Assembly: GCA_905178155.1 (NCBI GenBank)
Contig: CAJINV010000001.1
Coordinates: 2,284,089 to 2,348,088, forward strand
Origin: Amoebophrya sp. A120
Lineage: Eukaryota > Protista > Dinoflagellata
Direction: 5' to 3'
DNA: 64,000 bases
This document shows, piece by piece, positions 32,878 through 45,756 of this stretch. A model generated the notes under the pieces. That model saw only the letters and a program-made list of their open reading frames with translations. It was not told the DNA's origin and ran no database searches. Position 1 is the first letter of the stretch, and each line of letters begins with the position of its first letter. The position numbers were made by a program, and so were the translations under genes.

Positions 32878-33243
32878 CGCTGCGGAGATATGTGATGCGA
32901 AGGTCGTAGCTGCCGCTTCTGAGGTATTCACGATTCGAAAAAGTCGATGTAATAATGAAAATGATAATGAAGATGATGATGAACACAACTATATTACAGA
33001 TCGAGGCGGAACTGAAAGCCTACAAGAAAAACAACCCGGGAAAAAAAGTCAACGAGCTGGCTTTTTACGAGGTACTTACTTTTATGTTGCGCCATGGTTT
33101 GCGGAGCAGATCGTGCGAATTTTTGAAATAGAAACTGATGCTCGCATCCGATCTTATGGTTCAGGATTTCTCGCGAAAATGAAACTCAAATTGAAAACAA
33201 AATCACAAAACAATACCAGAGCCAGTGCGAAGGAATCAGTGGT

Positions 33244-36200
33244 ATGGGCGAGATCAACATCATCAACCAAGCCCGGCGTGAGTTCGGGTGCAGTCAGACC
33301 AACTGGTTGCAGACCATCAGGCGCCTGAGTTCCTCCAAGGATGACAGCAAGTTCACTACGCTGCTGAAGTACGCTTTTTCTTTATTACTAGTCTGTTAGT
33401 GTTGGTGTGGTCTACTACTACTTCTACATCTACTTTTCTACACAACGTCCTGATGTCTGTGTGCAGTGACAGTGAGTGTGACGCGGATATCTAAGACAAA
33501 AATAAGCTGCGACGTAAACAGTATGGTGAGAATCTATTTCGAGATGTAGACGTAGCGGCAGCTCCTGCCTGAGTATGTGCCTGTGAGTGGAATTGGAATT
33601 TTTGCATTGCAATCGCATCGCTGACGCTGTCGCTGAAGCAAGACGGGGACGTAGAAATAAGTATTGAAGATGACGGCTGCGCACACGAGCTTGCTGCAAC
33701 AGCAGCGAGCAAGTGTTTTGCTTTCGTCTTTCTCTCACTCGACAATTCTACTAGTCTTGTGTGTTTCGATGTGAATGTAAAAGCAGAACGCCTCGAGCTC
33801 GACTTCGAATTCGCTTTGTAATGCGATTGCGAGTAACAGTATCAGCATCTGTATCAATATCTATTGTGACATCAGGACCCGCCTGTTCGAGTTGCAACTG
33901 CGCTACCTCCGCCCCGCGTTGACCGACATGATCTTGGACACCTTCATGCACCTCCTGCTCGGACCGGACGCGGTGTCCTTGAACAAGAAGCAGATGAAGG
34001 AGATCAAGCAGATGATGCGCCAGAATTGGCTGAAAGACGAGAAATCGGATAGCGTGCGCAACCAGTACCTCGTGTGGTTGGTGAGCGAAATGTGCAGAAA
34101 TGCCATGAAGGGGAAGACCAAGCTGGACAAGAACAAAAAGAAGCCGAAAGGAAAGATGTTAAAGAATGCCGGGTTGCTGTCCGACGACGAGGAGGATGAT
34201 TTATTCGTGGAGCCGGAGATTCAGGGCGCTGTCTGGACCGTATTTCAGATTTTGATTTATTTCAGTGCATACTAACTTCTCCTTGCAGTAGCACTACCTC
34301 CAGTCACGTCCTAACTTTTCAGATAAAGCAAATCGCACGAACCAGTAGTATTCTCTCACTTAAACTAAAACTAAAACTCACCCCAGGACAAGGATGGCGT
34401 GTACGGTTCGTTGGTGACTGCGAAGTGTCCCGAGGAACTCAGGATCGAGTACGACGGAGACTTCAGTTTCGGTAAGAAACTGGTCGAGCAGCAGAAATTG
34501 GACGACTCCGTGCTGAAAGAGATCGAGAACGTGATCCGCACCTGCGCGAACCTGCAGAAGCCGTACTTCGACGGCGCGAAGGTGGTCGGTACCTTTGTCG
34601 TGCGGTTCGCCGACAACAAGACGCTGAACTCCACGGTCACGTTTGCGGAGGGGATCGAGGTCTTCAAATATCAAGATGTTCATGTTGATCAAATTTCTAA
34701 TGCAAGTTTTAATGCATGTAAGCGAGTTCGTATTTGAAAATGAAAACTTTACCTATGAATAATCCACAGATCACCATCGAGTGCGATACCACTGATGAAG
34801 CGCTGGGATACCTCGATGGGAAAAGTGGTGAAATTCAGGGAAAAGTCATGTCGCCCGAGGTCCGCCAGATCAAGAACCAGCTGCACTCGCTGGCCGCGAA
34901 CTACCAGGCCGATCTGAAGGTGCTGAAGTCCAACTTGGAGACCACTTTGAAGGCCATGGAGAAAGCCATGAAGGCGGAGATGATTGCCCGCAAGAAAGCC
35001 AAGGTTTTTTTTATGATTTTATTTCAGTTTGTGCGAGAATGCAACGAGTATTTAAATTCGAACTAGTATCTGCGTCCATTCCATGAGCGTGTGTGTGAGC
35101 TGCGACTTCCACTTCGACGATGGATCGCGTGCGATCCGTCTGTAGAAGTACCTATCTCGCAAAACAGCTCTACGTGATTCCCGGGACGCTTCGGTTGGAT
35201 TTAACTGATCACACCAAGAATGTATCGCAGTTGCAATATTTATATTTATGTTTAGTATAGAGCATTGTTTGGAATTTGGCTGTGACATCGTTCTCCTAGA
35301 AATTCATAGTGACCTATGATAACCAGCTTTTCATCCCGGGTTCGTTCAACCTCCAGTTTTCCGGTTCTATTCACCAGGTGTATGTCAACGCTGCCAAGGA
35401 GGAGTACGAAGAGAAGTGCAAGAAGCACAAAGATGCCTGCGAGCTCGAGCAGAAGCAGTTGAAGGAGATTTTCAACCAGGAGACCGAGGCCTTAGGGGAA
35501 AAGTTAAAATCGGCCGAGGAGGCCAAATGGTTTCAAGTGAAGTGCGTGGCTAAGTCGCGGGCCAAGGCCAAGGAACCGGTGGAGGAGCAGCAATATGCCC
35601 TGATGGACGTACTTTTATTTCTGATGTTTTTTTAGTCGTGAGCGCGACGTGAGCGTGAAGAGGAAAATGGGCAAGACTTAGAAGACGAGCACTCACTTGC
35701 GAAAGACTTTGTTTTCAAAACGAAATCTTCGTCAACAAAAATCAGTTCCCGGCGGACTGCCTTTCGTTGAACATGGGTCACTACACCGTGCAGTGCAAAA
35801 AAGGGCTGAAACAGGGACAGACGTGGACGCTCTCCTCCGAACAATTAGTGAAAGTGAGTGTCGTGCCGATCAAAGTGCCCATCAACTTCCACATGGAGAA
35901 GATGAAGCTGTCCTCGCGGTTCCAGATCCTGCAAGAGAAGGCCATCACCTTGGACTTCAAATGCGACAAGAAGGTGAAGGGAATCAAGTTCGAGATGACC
36001 ACGTTCTGCTTGGGTGACCTGAAGTTCGACTGCTTGATTCCGTATTTTTATTATCATCATGCTTTTTGTCATCTGATGTTCATCATGATCATCTTCATCA
36101 TCATCTTCATCATCATCTTCATCATCATCTTCATCATCATGCTCTGTATCATCTGTTGTTAATGAAGTGCTTCATAGTCATAGCTTATGATGTACTGTCT

Positions 36201-36809
36201 ATGATCTCATAGTCATGCTCATCATTATCTCAAACTATCAGGTATGAGTGCGAGCCGAGCCGCGCCTTTGCGAACTCCCTCTCCGCCGAGTACCGCTTGT
36301 CGGCCCCGCTGAACAAGCCCGCGGGCGCCAAGGGTGCCGAGGTCCCGGCTAAGAAGACCACGGCTGCTGCTAAGGCGGCCGCCGCGCTGAGCGCTGCCGC
36401 GACCAAGCTGCAGGCCTCGTACGTGGACGCGTCCCTGAACTTCTACACCGATGCCAAGAACACCGACGCCTGGGACAACGATGGTCTTTGCCAGGCCTAC
36501 CTGGATCCCAAGATGGTGGCCGAGCAGGTCAAGCAGCAGACCGGATCCTCTTCCGCGGAGGAGTCCACCCGCGATCGCAGCAGCAGCTCGTCGTCGCACA
36601 ACATGGGCATGAACTTGTCGGGACCGAGCAACGTGAAGCTCTTTCAGCAGCAGATGAGGTTGCGGAACCATTCGGCGTTGTTGCGTCCCCGCGGCATGAG
36701 CGAGCTGTCCATCGAGTCGGCGAAGCAGGATGATGACGAGACGCCCAATGCGAAGCGAAGCAGGACCAACACCTTGGATGAATTTACCTTTTTAGACACG
36801 AATATGTAA
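33244..36809 (+). CDS. Element-borne 7-exon orphan protein (~696 aa)
   Basis: Exons 33244-33368, 33876-34239, 34387-34659, 34770-35003, 35378-35608, 35746-36041 and 36242-36809. All introns are GT-AG with matching phases; total 2091 nt = 697 codons with no internal stop. GC3-rich codons. A possible extra 5' exon lies at 33138-33158. Confidence 0.75.
36079..36140 (+). repeat. (ATCATCATCTTC)n microsatellite in intron 6 of the element gene
   Basis: About 4-5 direct copies. Explains the spurious IIFI-repeat ORF tail. Confidence 0.85.
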
Positions 36810-37953
36810 TCTGAAGGTAAATTCGTACGAGATGTATTTGTGCTCAGAAACTTTCCATTTCGACTTTCGTTGTCGGTAATCTTTTTTCTACCTCTCGTTG
36901 AAGATAGAGTGCTGGCTTTGTCTGTAGATACGGAAGTTATTATGCACAAACATGCAGTACTACTTTTAGAAATATAAATTTCATATTCATCAGTATGAGT
37001 TCGTCAACTCCACTCGAGCTGCCGCAATTCGGTCTGATTAAAGCCCGCATCCTTCCTGCGTAATCGGATGGGGCTAATTTGTTTATTTTACTTCAAAAAA
37101 ATTATCAATTTCTTTTTCGATTAGAAAAATCACTGAGATTTCAGCGAAGCGAAAATGCTTCGTGCTACACCGGCCTTCTTTAGAGTCGGCAGCTTAGATG
37201 TCTTGCCATCTACGTCTGCTGACTCGCAAATATTCGTAACATTTCTTTTTTGTCTTTCGAGTATCAGTATCTACTTCTCATCGAAAGACAAGCACTTCTA
37301 CATTATGAAAATGCAATCTTCGATCTTTTATTTTTTTGTTAGAAAAATAACAACCTGGACTCTTCTTTATCGTCACGTCTTTCGACGTGGCGTTTGTATC
37401 AACACCTTCACCGTCCTCTCGTGAAGAAGCTGCATTCGCTCGCGAATGTAGTTTCTTCGCAAAAAAACAATACTGTCAAATGATGGAAGATGATTGTCTT
37501 CCATATCTGAAAATGTTTCGCTCTACCCACCATGTGATGGATATGGTCTCCCAAGTCGCCGTGAGTTCTGCTGCGGACTTGGAGGCAAAAACGATATGGC
37601 GAAGCGATAGCTGTTTCGCCAAGAACAAATGATGAAGAGCTTTGAAGATGGTCCCACGGTCGCGCGTGCCGATATTGCGCGACGTGAGTTCGTGAAAGCG
37701 AGTCGGTTTCGGATGTCTAAGTTGAAAACTTGAACAATTGTGTTGGAGAAATCGAATAGTTGTGGTTTTGTAATAAACCACAACTATTCGAAATTTTAGC
37801 TCGGTGTAGAGGAACTCGCATTTTCCGGAAATGAAGGTTTGTTTTGCTCGGTTGAAGTTGTTTTGCTCGGTTGGTGATATTTTGGTTTTCGGTGTTTAGA
37901 ATGTTGGTTCGGTGGATCAGTGAAGTCGGTGGCTCAGATAGAATCCGTGCTCT

Positions 37954-38132
37954 TCAGAAAGCAGTTCTGCGTTCTCAAGAATTTAGTTTTTGCATCACAA
38001 AGAAATGTTTTCTCCATGACAAAAAATTGTTTTCATGACAATCGAAATCGGTTTTTGCATTTTGGAAAATGAAAAATACGGCTCAGAAAATGCAATAGTT
38101 AATACTGAACTTTTGTACTTTGTCCATTCATA
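37954..38132 (-). repeat. Right TIR of the large element
   Basis: Reverse complement of 31935-32113. May extend further inward because the left partner is hidden in the gap. Confidence 0.93.
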
Positions 38133-38895
38133 GAAGTTGCAATGCGTTGCGACAAAAAAAGGAACTCGAGAAGGGTTACTTCTTCCTATCCTATGGTGTA
38201 GTGCCTATTTTTGATTAATCGAATTGCTATGTTTACAGAGTTGAATGTTTTATTTTCCTAAGGACCGATTGCTGAAGTGATTGCTGGTGGTTTATCTTCC
38301 TCGTTCTCTTGGGGTTAGATAATCACCGAAACTGTTTCTGTTTTCGAAAAATCCGAGTCATCAAGTGTTTGTTGTCCATTCAAAAAACACAGCTTCAAGA
38401 CGTCGTTAGACTTAACATTGCCGTGCTTCCTTGCAACTCGGCAAAAAAAAAGTGCTCGTTGGAAAAAAAAGCGCACACTCGCGAGAGGCACCAGGACGTT
38501 ATTGCTTCTTTCTGATTTTTGCACGAAGTGAAGAACGTCTTGAAAAAACAACAGAAAAGAACGACAGACAGACTGTTTGTTTTCGGACGAGGACGACATT
38601 GCACGACAGAAAAAACTCACCTCTCTCTTCATGCAGAACGAAACCGAAACTGTTGTGAAAATAAAGCAAAGAAAACAGACGACCAGCATTGCTATTCATT
38701 ATTGCTTCAGAGTCAGAAAATCAAAATTCCTGTGAAAAAAATAAACTCAGCCTCAGGAGGTGGCACAAGGAAGATTCGTTCACAAGCACGATAATGTTTC
38801 TTGTGTCAAGGCGCAAGTACGAAGTCACGTTTTATGTCTTACTTTACTATAGCAAGCTTACTTGTGGGCTGCGCTGCTGCGAGCGACTTCCAAAA

Positions 38896-41800
38896 TCACA
38901 TCTGTAACAGACCATTGGTCCGCAGTAACGCTCTCACGTACTGCACTCTCTCATCGTAGTCAACGATGCTGCGCCAGAACGACGCGGGAATCTCAATGAC
39001 CTTCCAATCTAGCATGCGCAGGTGGCGGCGCAGGTTTTTCTGAAATGGTTTTCGGTTCACCAGGTCGAAGTCGTCACGATAGTAGTGAGTGCCAGATTGG
39101 TCCACCTGCTTCTCGCCTGCCCTCGTTCTTGTCGTTTCCTGGTTGAAATGGTCAACATCTCCTGCTGTGCCAGCGCTACTAGAAGAAGCATCATTGCCGC
39201 TGTGCAACAGAAACTGCTTCTTCCCGTAACATTTCTCCCGAAAAGCCTGCACTTCTGCCGCGAGCGCCGACCAGTCTTCTTTCAGATCCTCGAGCTCGAG
39301 CACTATCGCAACTTTCCGTGCCTTGTCGCACAGCGACAGTGCGTACGGCCCCACACAGGCCCAGTCGCACGGGAACCCGTGCTTCTCGAGAAAATGGGCC
39401 ACCTGGTTCAAAACCACGCACCGTTCCAATTCCTGCTTCGGCGGCGTGTACTCCCAGTTTTGGATCGCGGAAAGAAAATCCAGCAGCTGTTTCGCGGAAG
39501 TGGACGCGTACTGCTGGTGCTCCAGTCCTTGGTTGGTATTTCCCGCATTGTTTTTACTATTGTTGTCCTTCTTATTTTTCTTGTTTTCGCAGTTCTGCAG
39601 GTCCAATTGCTTATAGAACTCCCGTCTTTGCTCTCCTTGCAGCTGATGCTGTTCCCGTAGTTGGCTGAAGAACCCGTCGGTGTCTAACCGTATCAGCATC
39701 TCGATCGACTTTAATAACCGAAGTTCAGTCACCTCGCTGCTTGCGTGCATCGGCACGTGCAGTAGAGTGGCAATCACGGTCTCGGAGTAGCTTCTTGACT
39801 CCAAAAGCTCGTGCGCAGTGATCAAAGCGGTTTTCACGTCGAGTACCGGGGCGACGGTTTCGGCGTAGCGGTACAGACTTTTCATCTTCTCCGGAATTTG
39901 CCACTGGAAACGGTGGAAAAGGTCGACAAGCTGGTTAAGTTTGTATTCAAATGCTGCACTAGCACTGGATTTCTTCTCTGGCATTTCTACATCCACAGTA
40001 ACGAAAAAAGAAGAACAGATCGATTTTGTGGTCATGCTGTGGTGCAGAAGGCAAAACAGGAACAGAAATGCGCCCCTGCATCGACTTATTGAAGTACCTC
40101 GCGAATCTGGCCCAACACCATCTTGGGCGGTTGCATCAGCGCGTCCCCAGACAGGTACTCGTTGTAGATCTCCATGAAGGCGGCAAAAATGCTTTTGGGC
40201 ACAGGGACAAATTTCGAGATCAAAGTCAGCTGCTGCAAGAGATGGATCTTCAATTCCAGGTTTTTCCCGTGCACAAAATACGGGTTAATCTGGAAAACCA
40301 CCTTTTCCAGAAACCCCTGCAGAAATTCCCGATGCTCTTTGTCAATTTCCAGCGGCTTTATCACTGCTTTCTGAGAACAATTCGGGACGAAGAGCTGGGG
40401 GTTGAGTTTTACTTTGCCCGTTGTTCCTGCGTTACTTTTTGTGGTTGCGGATGAAGTTGTGGATATTCTTGTTGTTGACATGGAGCTGCTAGATGAAGAA
40501 GAAGAAGAGTTCTTTCCGCGACTTGTACTAGTCATCATCCCACTTCCTGCGGTTGACGACCTCGCCGAAGCCGGTCCTGTCGGCGCATGCACCGCAATAA
40601 TGCTGTCGAAGACCAAGGCTGCGGCCTCTAGCGGGGGCGACCAGAGCTTTTCTTTTTCTACTTTCTCAAGGAGATTGCGAAACTTTTCTGCATCTTGAGT
40701 TTGGTCCTGCGCAAACCGAGCACGAAAAAGGACGGCGTTGAGCTCTGGCTCGACGTGCTCTTCGATATCGACGGAGGCTTCATCGGATACAACAATCCCG
40801 GCGGGTTCAACATCGTCACGAGGTGCTGGCTCTACAACTATACCGGTCGTGTCTTGGGCACTCAATTGCGATAGCACGTTCTCCTGCTTCACCTCGGACG
40901 TTGATGCGGGCGCAAAATCTTCGGTTTGTGTTTCGATATCTGGCGCTGCGCTTGGGTACCTCGGCAACTCGGCATTGAGCTTCTCGTCGCTCGATGGTGT
41001 TGTTGACGCAGTGACACTACTATCAGTATAGTAGAATGATGGCTTCCTATCATTTTGTTCCTCCCAAGATACAATAGTGTCTGCCTCAAGTAGTTCGGCA
41101 CTTTTCACGGATGGCTGTAGGGATTGTTCGTCTGCCAAAGTACCGTCGTCTTCCTCATGGGCCGAATTTGACACTTTCGCCTCCACCACCTCCTGCACAC
41201 TTCTCTTAGAGGCTTTGATTTCAGGCACTTCTTCGAACGCAAGGTCCAGTACATCCTTCGGTGGGGGAACAAGGGTACTTCTATTCTCATCTGCCGGTCG
41301 TGACGGACACGCGGCCGAGCCCGACGACGCACCAAATTGTTCGGTGTCATCTTCCAGTTGTAGTTCCTCGACAGTAGTGGACGAAGACGTGCTGGCATGA
41401 TTGTAGAGATGCACTTTAGAAGCATGATCCACCTCGTTTCTTGGCGGATAATTTGACACATGGTCAGAGAACGCTTCGATCCTTTTATTCCCATCCGCGC
41501 TGGTACTAGAAGTGGCTGCTGCAGCGCTTGCAGCAGCCGCACTACTAGAGTCGTCAACATCCGCAACAGCTGTCTTCTTTGCTCGCAACTTCGCACGCAG
41601 AGATTCCAGAACTCTCTTTTTCGTTTCCATCGCGGCGACGCGCTGCGCACGGGGATCGATGAAGGGAGGCGGTTGCCTGATTTGGGTGGGAGTTGGAAGA
41701 TGATCATGTTCCTGTCGAGATACAGCAGTGCCATGTTCATCTGCTGGTGCGGCGTTTGTTACCGCGGCCGCGGCAGCCGCACTGCTACCGCTGCTGGAGA

Positions 41801-41900
41801 AAAGCCGACGAAAGATAAGAGCTTGGCGAGACCTGCAGGTAGAAGACCAGGTCCATGCTAGTGGACCACGGGCGGAGGTCGCCGTGACCAGGTGCTTCAT
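38896..41900 (-). CDS. RAP-domain protein, probably mitochondrion-targeted (2 exons)
   Basis: C-terminal VGPYALSLC...KVAIVLE...LRRHLRMLDWKVIEIPASFW...VQYVRALL is RAP-like. R/S-rich N-terminus (IFRRLFSS). GT-AG intron at ~40037-40097. Confidence 0.75.
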
Positions 41901-42299
41901 TTTTGAAGAAATGGAAATTTGATCAGCTGCAAATCGACGTAAATGCATCAAGAAAACGACCACACTCAACAATTTCTTGCAACGAATAATTTGTGTTCAG
42001 AAGATAACCGAAAAACAACAAGCCAGCAACTACAAGACGGAAGCTAGGGGTGAAGAACAAGAACTCCTGCTTCGCAAAAAATTCAGAGACCGGCGAAGGC
42101 GCAAGATCCGTTCTTCTCGAATCGGAATAAGTAATTATGCGTTTTTTGGTTCTCCGCGGCGGTAGTGCAATGACTGAAGATGAATGATCGTCCTCGTGCA
42201 AAAGAAAACGTCGAGCCAACGTGGTTGAGTGCGGTAAATGTTATCGCAGATGAAAAGTTCAGAAGCCGAATCCGGCGTTTTGTCTGTCATCTTTTTCTT

Positions 42300-45200
42300 T
42301 TATGAAAACGTAAACATTTTCGCAGTCGAGTCGACTTTTCTGAACTTTTTTCTGACAAATTCCGTCCCCAAAATTCTCTCCAGCGCGCAGTCGTCGTTTT
42401 CTTGGTCCACCAAAGTGAAGGCGGCTGCCGGCACCAAAGCCATGTCTTTTGTCTTCGAATACGGGGACAGCCAGGACAGGCCCAGCATGTAGCTTTTCTC
42501 CGGGGTGCCAAAAAAGCAGAGGTTTTGCGCGTTCTTGATGTCGAACTCCGGGTGGTAAAAGAGGAATCGTTCGGTTAACAGCAACACCCGCAGATTGCCC
42601 TTGTTGAACTCCATCCGGGCCTCCTTCACTTTCAGCCACTCCGCGTACTCATCGAGCGCGACGTGGTCCACGCCTTCCTCCTCGAAAAATCGTTTTATTC
42701 GGAAGAAATCGCAGTACCGGTACCCGCTGCCAGAGACGACGATGACCAAATATTCCATTTCCGTCCCGGTGGTCCGCCAAAACTGCTTCTGAAACTGCTT
42801 AAACAAAGGCGTGTCCTCGGCTGGAGTGTCCTCGACGTCTTGCAGCTGCTTTTTTAGCGCTCTGTTCTGCTTGGAAATTGTTGTAGAGGAAGACGAGTCT
42901 TTGCTGTTCCCTTTCACCACCAGGAACATATGCCTTTCAATCGCAAAATGCTCCCGTGCGTAGTGAATCAGTTCCTCGCCGGCATTCTCCAATGCGGCGG
43001 GAAACTTCACCGCGCCGCGAAAGTTCGTTCTGAAGGGCACTAGGGTTGTCGCGTCGTTTTCTTCCATTTTGTTCTTACCACCGGTGAGTAATATTTCAGT
43101 CGCGGTCTCGTAGTTTTTGGACATGACGCGATTCTTCTTGTTCTTTTTCCCCGCTCGTGCAACATCAAGTTCATCCGCTTCGTCGTCCGCTTTGTCGCTG
43201 ACCAGTAAAGCGTTCAGCTCGGGGCAATTCCCGTTGCTGGTGACGATCGTCTGCCTCAGCAGTCGGGATTCGTTCAGTGCGAAGCACTCCCGGAGTCTCC
43301 CGATGTCGCAGTTTTCCGGTAATTTTTTCGGTTTCTTGTTGCACATCTTCAGCACGTCCAGTACATGGTCGAAGTTCTGGTACTTCAAGATGTCAACCCG
43401 ATCCAGCACGACGCACTCCAACGAGGACAAGAAATCGTACTCGCGCTGCTTCGCGGACTCGCCCTCGGCGCCGATAATGAGCCGCAGCCCTAGGGGGGAG
43501 CAAATCAGAATGTCGGACTGGTAGAAGGGGGTGAACAGCTTCAGTGCTCTTTTGGAAACTGAGACGCCAACGCGAAATTTGTCGTCGTTGTTCCCCGAAA
43601 AGCAGTGCTGCAGGTCTTTTGCGGTGTCGTTGGTCCAAGAAGAGGACTTGGGTTTTTTGGTCGACGTCGTGCTGTCGTTTATTTGCTGTTCTACATCCTC
43701 ATTCGGCCCTTCGGCGAACTGCTCATCGAATTTCGACTGCTTCAAGACCTGCTTCGCATTCGGACAGAGCGCTTCCAGCATCTTCACCAGCTCGAAAGCG
43801 ACTGACCGATAGGAACAGAGAATCAAGACCCTGGCGCGGCAGAAACCCTGGTCGCGCGCGGATTCGAGGAAAGACGCGTTTTCGTCGTCGTCGTTGTTGT
43901 TTTCCTTTTCCTCCGCTTGTTTCTGTTGCTTCGCAATCTTCGTGTTGTTCGCAACAACCTCTTCCCGGGCCTTCAACACATGATTCACCACGTGCGTCAT
44001 GTATGTGCTCCGGACCGTTCTGCTGTTGGCGAAAGTGTGGGTTGGGAGCACCACGTCCTGATACCTGTTCAAATGGTGGAAAGCCGCGTGTTCTCTGGAA
44101 CTCCATCGTTCCACAAACTCCTTGTCGTTTCCCTTCAAGGCACGGGTGTAGCCGCGCTCGGAATGTTGGGTGAAAGAACTGGCTGGTGAACATGATAGTT
44201 GTTTTTTCTTCATCTCTTGCTTGTCCTTGTTTGGACTCGTAGTGGTACTTTTATTCGCCGCACCTCCGCAGTACTTTGCCAGATCGCGCCCGGCCTTGTC
44301 CTTCTGCCCGTAAGTGAAGGACACAGTACTAGTGCCGAACCCCTTCCCGGCCAGCTTCTCTTTCTGTACGGTTGTGAAGTCAACCTGGGATTCCACATTA
44401 GCCAGTCCGAAGGAACCGTAGTGGTTGTGAAGGTCCTTGTCGGTTTGCTCTTGTTCTTGCGCGTTTTTGCTACTTCTTCTACCCGCGGCGGGACAGTTAT
44501 CTGCCAGAAGAGTTCTTTGTTCCTCCTCGTCCAACACCTCGTCCTCGCTCACTTCGTCGTCAGACAAGCCGTGCAGCGTTCGCTGGCGGACCGCTGCCTG
44601 CTGATCCGGGTCGTCTTCGTCAAGGGAGATATCAGCGTCTGATTCTTCATCCTTGTTGTCGTCGCCTTTTTTGCTTTTCTCTGTGCCTGCTTCATCACCA
44701 GAATCAGAAACCATTTCCTCATCGGAACAAAATTCCTCCTCCTCCTCGCCGATGTCTGACGCAGATTCCATAATGTCCTCCTCCTCAACAGGTTCAACAT
44801 CTTCTGCGCCTCCAGTTCTGTTCGATTTCGTTGCGCGTCGGCGGCCGAGCTTTTTCTCGTCACTATCCTCGACGTCTTCCATATCCATGTCCTCATCTTC
44901 ATCAGCGCTTGACAAATCTTGTTCCGAGTCAGAATTATCCCCGTCAGTGTTGTTCGACATAGTTCCATGTTGTTGCCCCTTCATGCTTTCCAGCAACTTT
45001 TCGTACGGTGTCTTTTCCTCCACATCCTCCGCATCCTCTTCCCCGGATGTTAAAGGGTCGTTGTCTTTTGTATGAATTGCAAAAGTATCGTACTAGTACT
45101 AATTGCAATACAAATTAGCTCAGCATGACAAATGGAATTTGTCATGCTGTTTTGCCTTTTGAATTGAATTGAAGTAGCGACGCCCCCTGACGTGCCTCGG

Positions 45201-45756
45201 TAGCCGATCGCTCTACCAACCGGAGGTGCTAATTACATGCTTATTTCTTCGTTCGTCGAGCACCTTATTCCGCCATACAAATCGGCTGGTGAGCAATTAC
45301 CCGGACTGCCGGCCCAATTTGTGCCGGTTTTGGTGTTTTAGGGAGATACCCGCAACGCCCCCGCGGAGTTGGCGAAACCCTGATAGCGAGACGCAACCCT
45401 TGGCGGACCTGAACGACCTGAGACCATCCCCACCTTTGGATGTGTTGTCTCCCGCTTGTGCTGCTCGTTCTGCTTCGAGCCGCCCAGACCCTGATAAAGA
45501 TTTGTAATGCATGACTGCGATTACTACGAGTACGATACTTTTGCACAGGATATTTTGCGACCCGCTGCAATCTGCGGTCCTCCTTGGCGATTTTCTTTTC
45601 GATCCGCTGGAGTTCCTTTTCCCGGCCTTCGATCTTTTTGTGTAACAAATCCTCGCGGTCCAGCTTCTTTTTGGTCTTTTTCTTCTTTCCGTTCTTGCCG
45701 GCCTTCTTGAAAAAGCCCTTGCTCTTTCCGGTGCCGCGCTTTTTGTTCCCGGCCAT
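42300..45756 (-). CDS. UTP25: U3 snoRNA-associated protein 25 (UTP25/DIEXF)
   Basis: RDQGFCRARVLIL, FSGNNDDKFRVG, FYQSDILICSPLGLR, YDFLSSLE, RQTIV and LLLTERFLFY motifs. Exon 1 (MAGNKKRG) joins across introner 45071-45552 (RVAK|DNDPL). Confidence 0.92.
45071..45552. mobile_element. Introner family E (long copy)
   Basis: TATGAATTGCAAAAGTATCGTACTAGTACTAATTGCA ... TGCGATTACTACGAGTACGATACTTTTGCACAGGATA. TSD TTTTG. 482 bp. Confidence 0.9.

Larger units (their letters stand above)
31935..38132. mobile_element. ~6.2-kb TIR transposon encoding a tyrosine recombinase
   Basis: Inverted repeat 31935-32113 vs 37954-38132 (TATGAATGGACAAAG ... CTTTGTCCATTCATA). 8-bp TSD GAAGTTGC at 31927-31934 and 38133-38140. 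Two internal genes. Contains a 100-N gap, so the true length is uncertain. Confidence 0.9.
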
